A DNA stretch of 64,000 nt from Promethearchaeati archaeon. Lineage in GTDB: Archaea; Asgardarchaeota; Heimdallarchaeia; Heimdallarchaeales; Heimdallarchaeaceae. The stretch covers positions 1 to 64,000 of the forward strand of contig JABLTJ010000011.1 of NCBI GenBank assembly GCA_013166775.1, written 5' to 3'. The notes under the pieces are model-generated. The model saw only the letters and a program-made list of their open reading frames with translations. It was not told the DNA's origin and made no database searches. The stretch's first letter is position 1. Each line of letters starts with the position of its first letter. The translations under genes and the position numbers were made by a program. Positions 10,716 to 20,580 of this stretch are shown here, in pieces.

Positions 10716-11837
10716 ATGGGAAAGAAAAGAGATTGGTTAGTAGTACATGAAGAGCCACTTGCAGGTTACTCGATGCAGAACATTTTCAGAGTATTATGGG
10801 ATAATAAATTTAGAATTCACCCAAAGTATTGGTTAAGATTAGGTTATGGTATAGGTTTGAGTTTTATTACTATTCCATTAAAGGTTTGGCAAAAAATCCG
10901 ACATCATAGAAAGATAAAGAAGACAGAAATAAAAGAAGATCCTATTTTTATTATTGGTCATTATAGAACAGGAACTACCTATTTGATGACTTTAATGGCT
11001 TTTGATAAATCCAAGGGATATGTATCTAATTTAGAGGGATATGCAACTTTGTTCTATTTAGGTGTTCCAAGATTCGCAAGATGGATAATGAAAGCATCAT
11101 TACCAGATGTAAGACCTATGGACAATGTTATCATGGGAATTGAAGAACCAACTGAAGAAGAGTACTGTATAGGGACATTTACTAGATATGGATATTATAC
11201 TGGATTCATTTTTCCTCGTAATTTTGACTTATACTCACGATTTTTAACATTTGAGGGTATGCCTAAAGACAAAGCGAAATGGAAAAAAGCTTACTACTAT
11301 TTAGTTCAAATGCTCACCTATGGGCATAAAGGTAAACAACTGTTCTTGAAGAATCCAACTCACAGTTATAGGATTCCAGATTTACTGGAAATGTTTCCTA
11401 ATGCGAAATTCATTCACACTTACAGAAATCCATACGAAGTATATCTTAGTACTGTAAAGTTCTTTGATGAAGTTTTTGCTATTTATACACTCCAAACATG
11501 GGACAAAGAGAAAATGAAGCAGGATATTTTGGATAATTACAAACTATTATACGAATATCAAAATAAAGATTTACATTTAATTTCAGAGGACAGAATTGTT
11601 CATATCAAATACGAAGAATTCATTCAGACACCAGCTGAAACTATGGAAAGAGTCTACAAGGATTTGAATATAAGTGGATGGGAAGAATACAAGGATGATA
11701 TTATAAAGTATGCTGTATCACAAAAACGAGAGTACGTTCCAAACAATCACAAGATTGATTCTGATACCATTCGTAGAGTTAATGAACATTGGAAGGATTT
11801 TATGGAACAATATGATTATGAAAAATTAGAACCGTAG
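10716..11837 (+). CDS. PAPS-dependent sulfotransferase (Sulfotransfer_3 / Stf3-like)
   Basis: 5'-PSB motif PIFIIGHYRTGTT, RPMDNV...PTEEEY, LKNPTH, FPNAKFIHTYRNPYEV (3'-PB), IKYEEF. Confidence 0.92.
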   Translation: MGKKRDWLVVHEEPLAGYSMQNIFRVLWDNKFRIHPKYWLRLGYGIGLSFITIPLKVWQKIRHHRKIKKTEIKEDPIFIIGHYRTGTTYLMTLMAFDKSKGYVSNLEGYATLFYLGVPRFARWIMKASLPDVRPMDNVIMGIEEPTEEEYCIGTFTRYGYYTGFIFPRNFDLYSRFLTFEGMPKDKAKWKKAYYYLVQMLTYGHKGKQLFLKNPTHSYRIPDLLEMFPNAKFIHTYRNPYEVYLSTVKFFDEVFAIYTLQTWDKEKMKQDILDNYKLLYEYQNKDLHLISEDRIVHIKYEEFIQTPAETMERVYKDLNISGWEEYKDDIIKYAVSQKREYVPNNHKIDSDTIRRVNEHWKDFMEQYDYEKLEP

Positions 11838-12013
11838 TATTTGTAAAAACTATTTTCTCTTTTCTTATTTTCAATCTAATTTTCTTTAGTATTTACAAAA
11901 ATGTGAAAACACAATTCTGAAATATAACAGAATTGCTAGGCTTAAATTTTAAATACAGATGTTATTCGAACTCAAATCAGATTATTAAATCTCATTTGAT
12001 TCGGTGCTATCTA

Positions 12014-12892
12014 ATGTGCGATCATTGCTTAAAACATGGAACAGCAGGTAAATGGTATCTTAATGCAAAATTCTATTCAGATGAATTAGCAGAAGAACTT
12101 GATCTTAAAGAGTTTCTTTTGGAACAATACAAAACCTTTGAAGCAATGCAAGTGAGAAAATTTGGAGGTTTCAGTGCGGTAGGAATGGGTTATAAAAGGC
12201 AAATGCCAATAATTGGGCGAATCGTTAAGCATACGGCAGAAAAAATGCTTCATTCAAAAAAACCTTCAAGAAACCCATTCAAAGCAGAAGGTCATATTGG
12301 ACAAGTAGTGCCATTAGATGATGCAATAGCTATTTTGGAAACTTGTATCCCTGAAAATAGTTTAATCATGAAATACTGCATGTGTAGATATATGCATAAG
12401 GGAGAGAAAGAAGCTTGTTGTATAAATTTTGGAATTATGTCAGAAATCATTGATAAACTTCCACGATTCATTCCTGAACCAGAAGATAGTAAGTTTAGAC
12501 TTACAAAAGAAGAAGCAATAGAAAAATTTACTGAGTTTAATAAAAAAGGATACATAGGAACTATATGGTATGGAGCCTATCCTTATATAAACAACCTTTG
12601 CGCCTGCCAGACACCTATGTGTGCTGGTTTTAGACCTCGTACAGAATTTGGTATAAAATCAATTTTTAAAGCTGAATATGTGGTGGAGAACAATCCTAAC
12701 AATTGTCAAGGATGCAAAAGATGCATAACGATGTGCCAGTTTGGTGCTATTGAATTTGATGATAAGACTAAACGAGCTGTGATTGATCAGTCTAAATGTT
12801 ATGGATGTGGAAATTGTTTACTTGTTTGCAGATTTGAAGCTCTGAATTTGGTTACTCGAAAAGAAATTCCAGCTTTAGCGGGAGATTACTAG
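12014..12892 (+). CDS. Cys-rich 4Fe-4S dicluster protein
   Basis: MCDHC, CMCR, CC, LCACQTPMC, and two CxxCxxCxxxC motifs (CQGCKRCITMC, CYGCGNCLLVC). Confidence 0.88.
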   Translation: MCDHCLKHGTAGKWYLNAKFYSDELAEELDLKEFLLEQYKTFEAMQVRKFGGFSAVGMGYKRQMPIIGRIVKHTAEKMLHSKKPSRNPFKAEGHIGQVVPLDDAIAILETCIPENSLIMKYCMCRYMHKGEKEACCINFGIMSEIIDKLPRFIPEPEDSKFRLTKEEAIEKFTEFNKKGYIGTIWYGAYPYINNLCACQTPMCAGFRPRTEFGIKSIFKAEYVVENNPNNCQGCKRCITMCQFGAIEFDDKTKRAVIDQSKCYGCGNCLLVCRFEALNLVTRKEIPALAGDY

Positions 12893-12905
12893 TAGTGGTG
12901 CTATC

Positions 12906-13163
12906 ATGGGGAAAATTAAAATTAAAATTGACTATTCAATCTGTGGTGATGGAAACAAAATCGATCCTCGAGATTGCACTATTTGCTTGAAGATCTGTGA
13001 ACCAGCTATTTTTCTTTTACATCCATCATTGAAATTTCAAAAAGAGGATGATCCCTACGATCCAAAGATTTGGAGAGTTACACCAGTATATCCCTCACTT
13101 TGCACCCTCTGCATGAAGTGTGTGGAACAATGTCCTGAAAATGCAATAAGAATACGTAATTGA
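12906..13163 (+). CDS. Ferredoxin (2x 4Fe-4S type)
   Basis: C...CTICLKICEP and CTLCMKCVEQCP. Confidence 0.88.
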   Translation: MGKIKIKIDYSICGDGNKIDPRDCTICLKICEPAIFLLHPSLKFQKEDDPYDPKIWRVTPVYPSLCTLCMKCVEQCPENAIRIRN

Positions 13164-13173
13164 GTTGATTTCT

Positions 13174-14211
13174 ATGTCTAAAAAGAAAGCAGAAAATGAA
13201 AACTATCCCTTGAAAAACCTTGGAAGATGTCTTGTGATTGGTGGAGCAGGAATGCTTGGACTTGAAATCGTACTGCAATTAAATAAAGAGGGACATTTAG
13301 TACGCATCTTAGATCTCGAACCAGTAGACATTGAAGGAGTGGAATCAATAGTTGGTGATATTAGAAACCTAGATGTTGTTGAAGAAGCTTGTGAGGGAAT
13401 GGATACAGTTTTTCAAACTGCTGCAGCTGTTTGGAATCCTGGGACTCCCAGACGTTTTTATGATGAAGTAAACGTTATGGGTAACCAGAATGTTATTGAT
13501 ACTTGCATTAAATTTGGAATCCAGAGATTTGTTTACACCTCAACTCTAGATGTAGTTGTAGATGGAAAAAAACCAATTGTATATGCAGATGAATCTCTTC
13601 CTTATCCAAAGAAACTACCTAAGGATAACTATTCAAGAACAAAGATTCTCGCTGAAAAAGCGTCAATAGAAGCGAATAATGAAAATGGATTACTAACTGT
13701 TTCCTTGCGACCAGTTGGAATGTATGGACCAAGAGATAAATATCATATAGCAAATATTATTCAAGTAGCTCAAAGCAAGAATAACATTAAGCTAGGAAAT
13801 GGTACTGCAGAGTTTTCGCATGTTTATTCAGAAAACGCAGCTTATGCACACGTACTAGCAGCAAAACATCTTTATCCTGGATCAAAAGTTCCTGGAGAAT
13901 GCTACTTCATTACGGATCATCAACCAGCTGATAATCTATTTGTATTCATGAAACCCTTTCTTGAAGCGCTGAATCTACCTGTTCCAGAGAAGTACATTCC
14001 GTACAAAATAGCCTATCTTTTGGCGTGGTTTGCTGAAAAACTTGCACCTAAATCAAATTTCAACAGATTTGCTGTTATACAAACATGTGTAGATCATACA
14101 TTTGTTAGTGATAAAGCTGAAAGAGATTTTAATTACAAACCTATTGTATCCAAAGAGGAAGCTTTTGATAAGACTGTTGAATGGTTCAAAAACGAATCAG
14201 GATTAGTTTAA
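13174..14211 (+). CDS. 3-beta-hydroxysteroid dehydrogenase / NSDHL-like extended SDR
   Basis: GGAGMLG, FVYTST, ADESLPY, YSRTK (YxxxK), LRPVGMYGPRD, VYSENAAYAHVLAA, GECYFITD. Confidence 0.88.
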   Translation: MSKKKAENENYPLKNLGRCLVIGGAGMLGLEIVLQLNKEGHLVRILDLEPVDIEGVESIVGDIRNLDVVEEACEGMDTVFQTAAAVWNPGTPRRFYDEVNVMGNQNVIDTCIKFGIQRFVYTSTLDVVVDGKKPIVYADESLPYPKKLPKDNYSRTKILAEKASIEANNENGLLTVSLRPVGMYGPRDKYHIANIIQVAQSKNNIKLGNGTAEFSHVYSENAAYAHVLAAKHLYPGSKVPGECYFITDHQPADNLFVFMKPFLEALNLPVPEKYIPYKIAYLLAWFAEKLAPKSNFNRFAVIQTCVDHTFVSDKAERDFNYKPIVSKEEAFDKTVEWFKNESGLV

Positions 14212-14268
14212 TTTTAGCTAGATACTTTTATTAAGTAGGATAAAGTTTCTGAATTTAGGTGATTTAAT

Positions 14269-14658
14269 ATGAGCAAGATAGGAAAACTCATTTCTCGCTT
14301 ATTCACTTTAGCTGTTTTTGGTGCTTGGTTTACTTTTGTCATCTGGGGTCTCAAAACTTGGGGAACACCAGATCCATTTGTGAGTGAAAAAACAACTATA
14401 ATATTGCTAAGTCTTCTCACCTTCATAGGTATGTTTATTCTCTTCATCATTGCCTCTGCACTTGGTGCAATTGGTAAAAAGAGGAAGAAGGAGGAAAAAG
14501 AAGAGGAGAAAAAGTTTTCATTTACAACAAAAGATGGAGACAAAATGGAGTTCAAAGGTGGAGAGGATTTTGACATAGAGAAGATACCTGCTCCATTCAG
14601 AGAAATAGGTAAGAAATTCATGGAAATGGCTAAAAAAGAAATGGATAAAGAAAAATAA
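14269..14658 (+). CDS. Small two-TM membrane protein with charged C-terminal tail
   Basis: Two hydrophobic segments; AGGTGA SD upstream. Confidence 0.75.
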   Translation: MSKIGKLISRLFTLAVFGAWFTFVIWGLKTWGTPDPFVSEKTTIILLSLLTFIGMFILFIIASALGAIGKKRKKEEKEEEKKFSFTTKDGDKMEFKGGEDFDIEKIPAPFREIGKKFMEMAKKEMDKEK

Positions 14659-14745
14659 TTTATTTCTTCATTTTTTCCTTTTTTAAAAAAACTTAAAAAC
14701 AAAAAAAATAGGTTTTAAATCTCAAAAAAAACCAGATTGACCAGA

Positions 14746-16386
14746 ATGAACTTACAAACTGATTTTGATGACTTACTTGATGGACTAGATATTGAAAATA
14801 GAGATTACCAATTATCAGCTGTTAATGAGATAGTAGAGAGTTACATTGAGAAATCAGTTCTACTGAATTATCCTTATGGTACAGGAAAAACCATAATCGC
14901 TTTACTTGCTTTTCTAGTTATAAAACAAGAAAACCCTAATGCACAGTTCATTTTTACATCCGCTCGTGAAGCAGCAGGATTACGATGTCGTCAGGCTTTA
15001 GAGATGGCTAAGAAATTTGGTTTTATAGAAAAACTTGGTTATCTTTATGATCCAACAGGTAAAGGAATAAGCTTACGTCAAAAAAGCAAGATGTATGAAG
15101 CATCTTCTGTGATTTTTTCCCCAATTACATCTTTGATGAATGATCATTTTGAAATCAGAAGTAAATTGAAGATAGATATTTTCCAAAACATTAGCATATG
15201 TGTTATAGATGAAGCTACAGACTTACTAGCTAGGGAAATGACAGATTACAGATTGAGTAAATACTTTGAGGTCTTATTCCGAACAAGAAGCAAAGGAAAT
15301 AATTTTCCAATTCTAGGTTTGACTGGTACTCGAGATAAACAGAGAGCTAAAGCGATAATGAAACTTCTAGGGCAGGAAACACATCTAATGCAAAGACTAG
15401 ATTTATCTCCCTATGAGACTATAACTAAAATTCAAAAAATCAGACGTGAGGATTACATTAAGATAGATAAACTAATTTCGACACATATCACAAAACCTAT
15501 TGAAACTATCCAAAAGCATCTTGATTCAAAGCTTTCGAGACTAGAGATCATCAAGCTTTCCTACGGTGGAATATTGGATCGATTACAATTTGAACCCAAA
15601 GAGTATCCCTACAAAGTCAGTAAATATTCCATTAAAGATAATGAATCGAGAGAAGAATTAGTGACCGCATTTCTACTCCTTTTCAAAATGACACATTCTA
15701 GATTACTCTTACTAGAATCCACTCCAGGTGAATTCTTGAAATATATAGAAAATGATGAAAACAAAGAGATCTTCAAATCTATTATCGAAGCTAGCAAAGA
15801 AATCATCTCATATCGAGTTGATCTACCTAGGTACGATCAACCTGAAGAAACAACAACCAGAGCCTTAGTGCAACCAAAAGTTAGTGCTGCAATAGATCTA
15901 ATTCATGACCATGTAATAAGGGGAGCTCAGGTTCTTCTATTCACCAGATATTTAGCGCTGGGAAGCCAAATTAGTGCGCTGCTTAAGGCTTTAAAATTTC
16001 CTGACGTTAGTTATATTTCAGGTAAAACTCTAGAAGATACTCGGAGAAGAGCGTTAACAGAATTTGAAAATGGAAACATCAACGTTTTAGTTTTTACTCC
16101 ATTAGGAGGAAGAGGTTTAAATCTTGAAGCAGCGGATGTTGTAATTCATTTAGATATCACTACGAATGTTGATGATATGATCCAAAGAAGAGAGAGAGCT
16201 AGAGGTTGTCTTGAATATGTACTAGTCTTAGAAGAGACTAGTGAAGAAGGAAAGGTAAAGGAGTACCAGAAACTAATTGATGGGAAAGAAAAAGAAGAAG
16301 AAGAGGATGATGAGTTGTTAGTTGAAGCAGAGAATAACCTTGAAGATGAAAACAGTGATTCTAAAACTTTTTTGACAAAACTTTGA
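14746..16386 (+). CDS. SF2 helicase-like protein (Hef/Mph1-like, degenerate motifs)
   Basis: RDYQ, YPYGTGKT, VIDEAT, LGLTGT, VLLFTRY, GGRGLNL, IQRRERAR; acidic tail. Confidence 0.85.
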   Translation: MNLQTDFDDLLDGLDIENRDYQLSAVNEIVESYIEKSVLLNYPYGTGKTIIALLAFLVIKQENPNAQFIFTSAREAAGLRCRQALEMAKKFGFIEKLGYLYDPTGKGISLRQKSKMYEASSVIFSPITSLMNDHFEIRSKLKIDIFQNISICVIDEATDLLAREMTDYRLSKYFEVLFRTRSKGNNFPILGLTGTRDKQRAKAIMKLLGQETHLMQRLDLSPYETITKIQKIRREDYIKIDKLISTHITKPIETIQKHLDSKLSRLEIIKLSYGGILDRLQFEPKEYPYKVSKYSIKDNESREELVTAFLLLFKMTHSRLLLLESTPGEFLKYIENDENKEIFKSIIEASKEIISYRVDLPRYDQPEETTTRALVQPKVSAAIDLIHDHVIRGAQVLLFTRYLALGSQISALLKALKFPDVSYISGKTLEDTRRRALTEFENGNINVLVFTPLGGRGLNLEAADVVIHLDITTNVDDMIQRRERARGCLEYVLVLEETSEEGKVKEYQKLIDGKEKEEEEDDELLVEAENNLEDENSDSKTFLTKL

Positions 16387-16467
16387 GTGGCTTCATACAA
16401 TTTGTATACATCTATAAATCTAAACAAAATATTAATTATATATAAAAATTCAAAGTTATGTGGAATA

Positions 16468-17520
16468 ATGATTAATAAATCAGATTTTGTAATAAACACA
16501 TACTTTCACTCTGAAATTCCAAATACTCTGAAAAAAGGATTAGCAATCTTGATGAAAGCGCAGCATATGGAACACTCAGATATGCCAGTTCATAATCTCA
16601 GCTATTATCGTAAACCTCTTAATCAACCAGAAGACGATGAAATTGGATTAATATACATACTCGCATCAGAACAATTGAAAGGTAAAACAGAACTTGTAGG
16701 CTATGCAAGATTTGAATACAGAAAAAATTCCGGATATAACCAAAATTATGGAAATCTTCAGATTTATGTGAGAAAAGATAGACGAAGTAGAGGTTGTGGA
16801 ACACAATTACTTAATGCTATCAGAGAAGAGATACCTGATTTCCTTACCACAATCACAATGCTTGCGGAGAAGGACAGTATATCTTCAAAAATTCTTGAGA
16901 AAATACTTCGTGTAGAGAAGACATTTGAAAGCAGACATTATTTTTCAGTGATACAGGAATTGAGCATTGAAAATGTGCTTGAGTTGGAGAGAAAAGCAAT
17001 TGAAGAATTGGAGAGAAAGGGTCTGGAGATAATCTATACTGATAGTAATACCTTTCATGAATATGAGAATGAGTATGCACAGCTACTGGAAGTAATCTGG
17101 AATATTGGAAAAAATGCATCAGAATATGAACCCTTTCCTGTTGAGCGTTTACGTGGAAGAATACAATATTTTAGAGAAGAGTTCAATATATTTGTGTACA
17201 TTTTTTTTGTCAGAAAAAAATCAGATAATTCACTTGTTGCAATCTCTGAAAATATACTATATGAGAGCAATGCAAGGGTAGCTGATGAGGCAATAATTGG
17301 ATCACTTGATGAATACAAAGATGAACAGATTGAGCATGCATTGAGACTCAAATCACTAGCATTACTACTTCAAGAAACTGAGGTCACACACTGGGAATCA
17401 TCGCTACTGAAACTAGATGAAAATCAACTACTCAAACCCAATGATGAAATTCTCGGGTTTAGAATTGGAAAAATATTCAACATATACAAGATTCCAATCA
17501 AACAATTCTTGAATCGATAA
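16468..17520 (+). CDS. GNAT-family acetyltransferase (tandem GNAT)
   Basis: IYVRKDRRSRGCGTQLL acetyl-CoA motif A; second, degenerate GNAT half. Confidence 0.75.
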   Translation: MINKSDFVINTYFHSEIPNTLKKGLAILMKAQHMEHSDMPVHNLSYYRKPLNQPEDDEIGLIYILASEQLKGKTELVGYARFEYRKNSGYNQNYGNLQIYVRKDRRSRGCGTQLLNAIREEIPDFLTTITMLAEKDSISSKILEKILRVEKTFESRHYFSVIQELSIENVLELERKAIEELERKGLEIIYTDSNTFHEYENEYAQLLEVIWNIGKNASEYEPFPVERLRGRIQYFREEFNIFVYIFFVRKKSDNSLVAISENILYESNARVADEAIIGSLDEYKDEQIEHALRLKSLALLLQETEVTHWESSLLKLDENQLLKPNDEILGFRIGKIFNIYKIPIKQFLNR

Positions 17521-17585
17521 CATATGATATCAATAATAGATCGTAAATTAATGCTGTCTATTTACACAGCCACACAAGAATAATT

Positions 17586-18296
17586 TATAAAATAAGAAAA
17601 CTGTTTAAAGATACAAATGCTGCAAAGGAAAGAAATTTTGGTGTGAGTTATTTTAGCTTCAATCATAAAAACGGAAGATGTATAGAATGTGAAGGAGAAG
17701 GAGAAAAGAGAACTGATCTTCAATTCATACCAGATATAAGAAACAAATGTTCTCTTTGCAACGGAACTAGATATAATGGAGATGTTCTTGAAGTCATATA
17801 TAGAGGAAAGAACATTGCAGAGGTGCTCGATATGTCTGTAGAGGAAGCAATGGAGTTTTTCAAAGATGATTCAACACTTTCGTACAAACTAGGTGTGATG
17901 AATGACTTAGGATTGGGTTATCTAAAGCTGGGGCAGTCAGCAACAACACTTTCTGGGGGAGAAGAACAAAGGATTAAACTTTCGAAGGAGCTTGGGAAGA
18001 TAAAGAGAAAAAAGGACAACTTAGACTTGCTTGATGAACCTACAGTCGGTTTACACATGGAAGATATTCAGAAGCTTCTTACTAGTTTAAATAAAATAGT
18101 CGAAGATGGTAACACAGTACTAGTTATTGCACATCATTTAGATGTTATTAAAGCAACTGATTATGTGATAGATCTTAGTCCTGAAGGTGAATCAGATGGA
18201 GGTAGAATAATTGCTCAAGGAAGCCCAGAAGAAGTTGCAGAGGTAACTGATTCATATACAGGGAAGTATCTTAGACCTTTACTTAACAAGGTTTAA
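17586..18296 (+). pseudogene. uvrA: C-terminal fragment of excinuclease ABC subunit A
   Basis: In-frame YKIRKLF...FSFN..GRCIECEG, CSLCNGTRY, LGQSATTLSGGE, LDEPTVGLH, SYTGKYL. Lacks most of UvrA including Walker A; several consensus residues are altered. Confidence 0.85.
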
Positions 18297-18530
18297 CTTT
18301 CTTTTTTCTGATTCTTTGCGTATTATTTTCGTAATTTTCTATCTTTTCTTTTAATCTTGGTTACCCTAAGCAGTAGAAGAAGAAGAAACTCCCCCCCGTT
18401 TTGGAAAGTCTGTGGTCTATTGGAAAGTGAGTTCCAAGAGTGAGTACGTCTCTAACCTTGAAACTTGCTTTACCAAGCTTGACTTGCTCGTCTCGTTAGG
18501 TGATCTAAACGAACAAAACAACGCTATCGC

Positions 18531-19424
18531 TCATATGTCCTTGTGGAATAATGAGGCGCTAGGTTGAGCGTAATTTACGTTAAGTTGCTGCATATGTTTT
18601 TTGAGAGGAATTCTATTACCAAACAACCATATGAGATAATAATCGATACCACTTTTTGCTGCTATTTTTGCTGCTTTAGCAACTAGCATCTTCAAGTATT
18701 TGGCATCGGTTACATATGGCAAAGCTAAATTTGCTGCGTTTTTCTTAGTGGGATTTCTGAAAATTAGAAATGTCCCTACTATTTCATCTTCTTCCTCTAC
18801 AATCAAATGAGCAACTATACTATCTGCTTCACTTACAAGTTCATTTTTTATTGTTTCAATTCTTTCGTCATCTAAATTATCAAGTGATTTAATAACTTCT
18901 AGCCACTTTTCGATGTCTTTCTCCATATCGAATTTTCTTACTTTGGAGGTATCAACAGTTTCATCAATATTGGAAACCTTAAGAGTATAAACGATGTTTT
19001 CTACATCCTTTACATAGCTGAAATCATATTTATTGGCTAGCTCAACTTGACTACCGCATAAAGCAGATGCGTAAGTTTCAATTTTTTTGACTCCCTTTTC
19101 TTTAAGAGTCTTAATTGCTGTGTCATAAAGCAAGCCTATAGCTTCTTCATGACCAGGCAACACTGAAGGAAAAACCAAACTAGCTTTCTTCACTTCACCT
19201 TCCTCTTCTTTCAGAATTTTAGAGGTAAGAAAGCCGACCATCTTATCACCTTGGAAACAGTAGTGTCTAGTTTCAGGATCAAATTCAGGTTGCGAATATA
19301 CTTCCTTCAAACGGTCTGCAGGAGTCTGATGAGCATGTATCCATTCCTTAGCTACTGTAACTCCTACAGTTTCCTGTTCTTCTTCGAATCCATCTTCGTA
19401 ATTCTTGATAATGTACGCAGACAT
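18531..19424 (-). CDS. GNAT-fold protein
   Basis: Two GNAT-like halves (HYCFQGDKMVGFL..., EEEDEIVGTF); family assignment from pattern only. Confidence 0.6.
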   Translation of the reverse strand: MSAYIIKNYEDGFEEEQETVGVTVAKEWIHAHQTPADRLKEVYSQPEFDPETRHYCFQGDKMVGFLTSKILKEEEGEVKKASLVFPSVLPGHEEAIGLLYDTAIKTLKEKGVKKIETYASALCGSQVELANKYDFSYVKDVENIVYTLKVSNIDETVDTSKVRKFDMEKDIEKWLEVIKSLDNLDDERIETIKNELVSEADSIVAHLIVEEEDEIVGTFLIFRNPTKKNAANLALPYVTDAKYLKMLVAKAAKIAAKSGIDYYLIWLFGNRIPLKKHMQQLNVNYAQPSASLFHKDI

Positions 19425-19575
19425 CCAAGATAAGCTTTTCTCGTGCATTTATAAGTCTTTCTTAATGTATGAGAATAACATCCTTAAGATATAATAAAAG
19501 CATTTTAATAAAAGAGATAATGAACCCCAAGTTTGGGAAACATTAATTAATGCTTTAGAAAGCTATAACAGATTT

Positions 19576-20562
19576 TTATCTGAAATTTGTTTTTGGTTTA
19601 TTATCTAGTATCTCTTCGATTCGCTCTAGAGTATCTTCTTTCAGTTCTATACCAGAAGCTTCCACATTTGAAATAACTTGCTTAGGTTTTGTTGCGCCCA
19701 TTATAGTTGTTGTTACTTCTGGATGTCTTAACGCCCAGGCTATTGCTAAATGGTTTAGAGAGATCTCTAATTCTTCTGCAATTTCCATAAGAGGACCACA
19801 TATTTTCTTATAAACCGCATAGATATCTTCTCTATCGAAATTCTGTATTTCCATTCTACTACCCTTAGGGACACCTTCCAGATATTTTCCTGTAAGAAAT
19901 CCACTTGCTAAAGCTTCAAAAGTAGTTAATCCTAGTCCATGATATTTAGCTAGTTCCAGTAGATCTACTTCAATGAATCTTCCTCTCATACTATAAGGCG
20001 GTTGTTCAGCTGCGGGAGGGTGTGCACCTAGTTCTTTTGCTAAGGCTATTGTTCTTTCAACCAAAACGGGTGGCCACCAACTTGTTCCCCAGTAATTTAC
20101 GTAACCTTCATCAATTAGATTGCTGATTGTTAATATTGTCTCTTTGAGAGGTGTTTCTCTATGAGGTCTATGGCAAAAATATAAATCTAAATAATCAGTT
20201 TGAAGATATTTGAGTGTATCACGAATTTCTTCTCTAATATGCTTTCGACTTAATCCTCCTGAATTTGGTGTGTCCCTCATTTGATAGAACACCTTGCTAC
20301 TAATTACTAAATCAGCACGATCATAATCTTGAATGAATTCACCTAGAACAATCTCAGCTCTTGTTCTTTCTTCCACGGGTAGATTAGATGCGTCATATAT
20401 CCCATAACGATTTGCACAGTCGATGAAATTGATACCTTGGTTTATTGCTTCAGCAAGAACCTTATGTGATTTTTCCTTTGAAAGATATGAACCATGATGC
20501 ATAGTACCAATTGATATTTCAGAAAGTTTCAATCCATGTTTTCCTAAATTTCTATATTTCAT
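19576..20562 (-). CDS. Aldo/keto reductase (Kv-beta/Tas-like)
   Basis: YRNLGKHGLKLSEISIG, GINFIDCANRY, GLSRKHI, LQTDYLDLYFCH, SGFLTGKY. Confidence 0.93.
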   Translation of the reverse strand: MKYRNLGKHGLKLSEISIGTMHHGSYLSKEKSHKVLAEAINQGINFIDCANRYGIYDASNLPVEERTRAEIVLGEFIQDYDRADLVISSKVFYQMRDTPNSGGLSRKHIREEIRDTLKYLQTDYLDLYFCHRPHRETPLKETILTISNLIDEGYVNYWGTSWWPPVLVERTIALAKELGAHPPAAEQPPYSMRGRFIEVDLLELAKYHGLGLTTFEALASGFLTGKYLEGVPKGSRMEIQNFDREDIYAVYKKICGPLMEIAEELEISLNHLAIAWALRHPEVTTTIMGATKPKQVISNVEASGIELKEDTLERIEEILDNKPKTNFR

Positions 20563-20580
20563 GTCATCACCATTTTTCAG

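Noticed and set aside
18361-18530. tRNA or SRP/RNase P RNA
   Set aside because: No cloverleaf, T-loop GTTCRA or other diagnostic motif was found on either strand.
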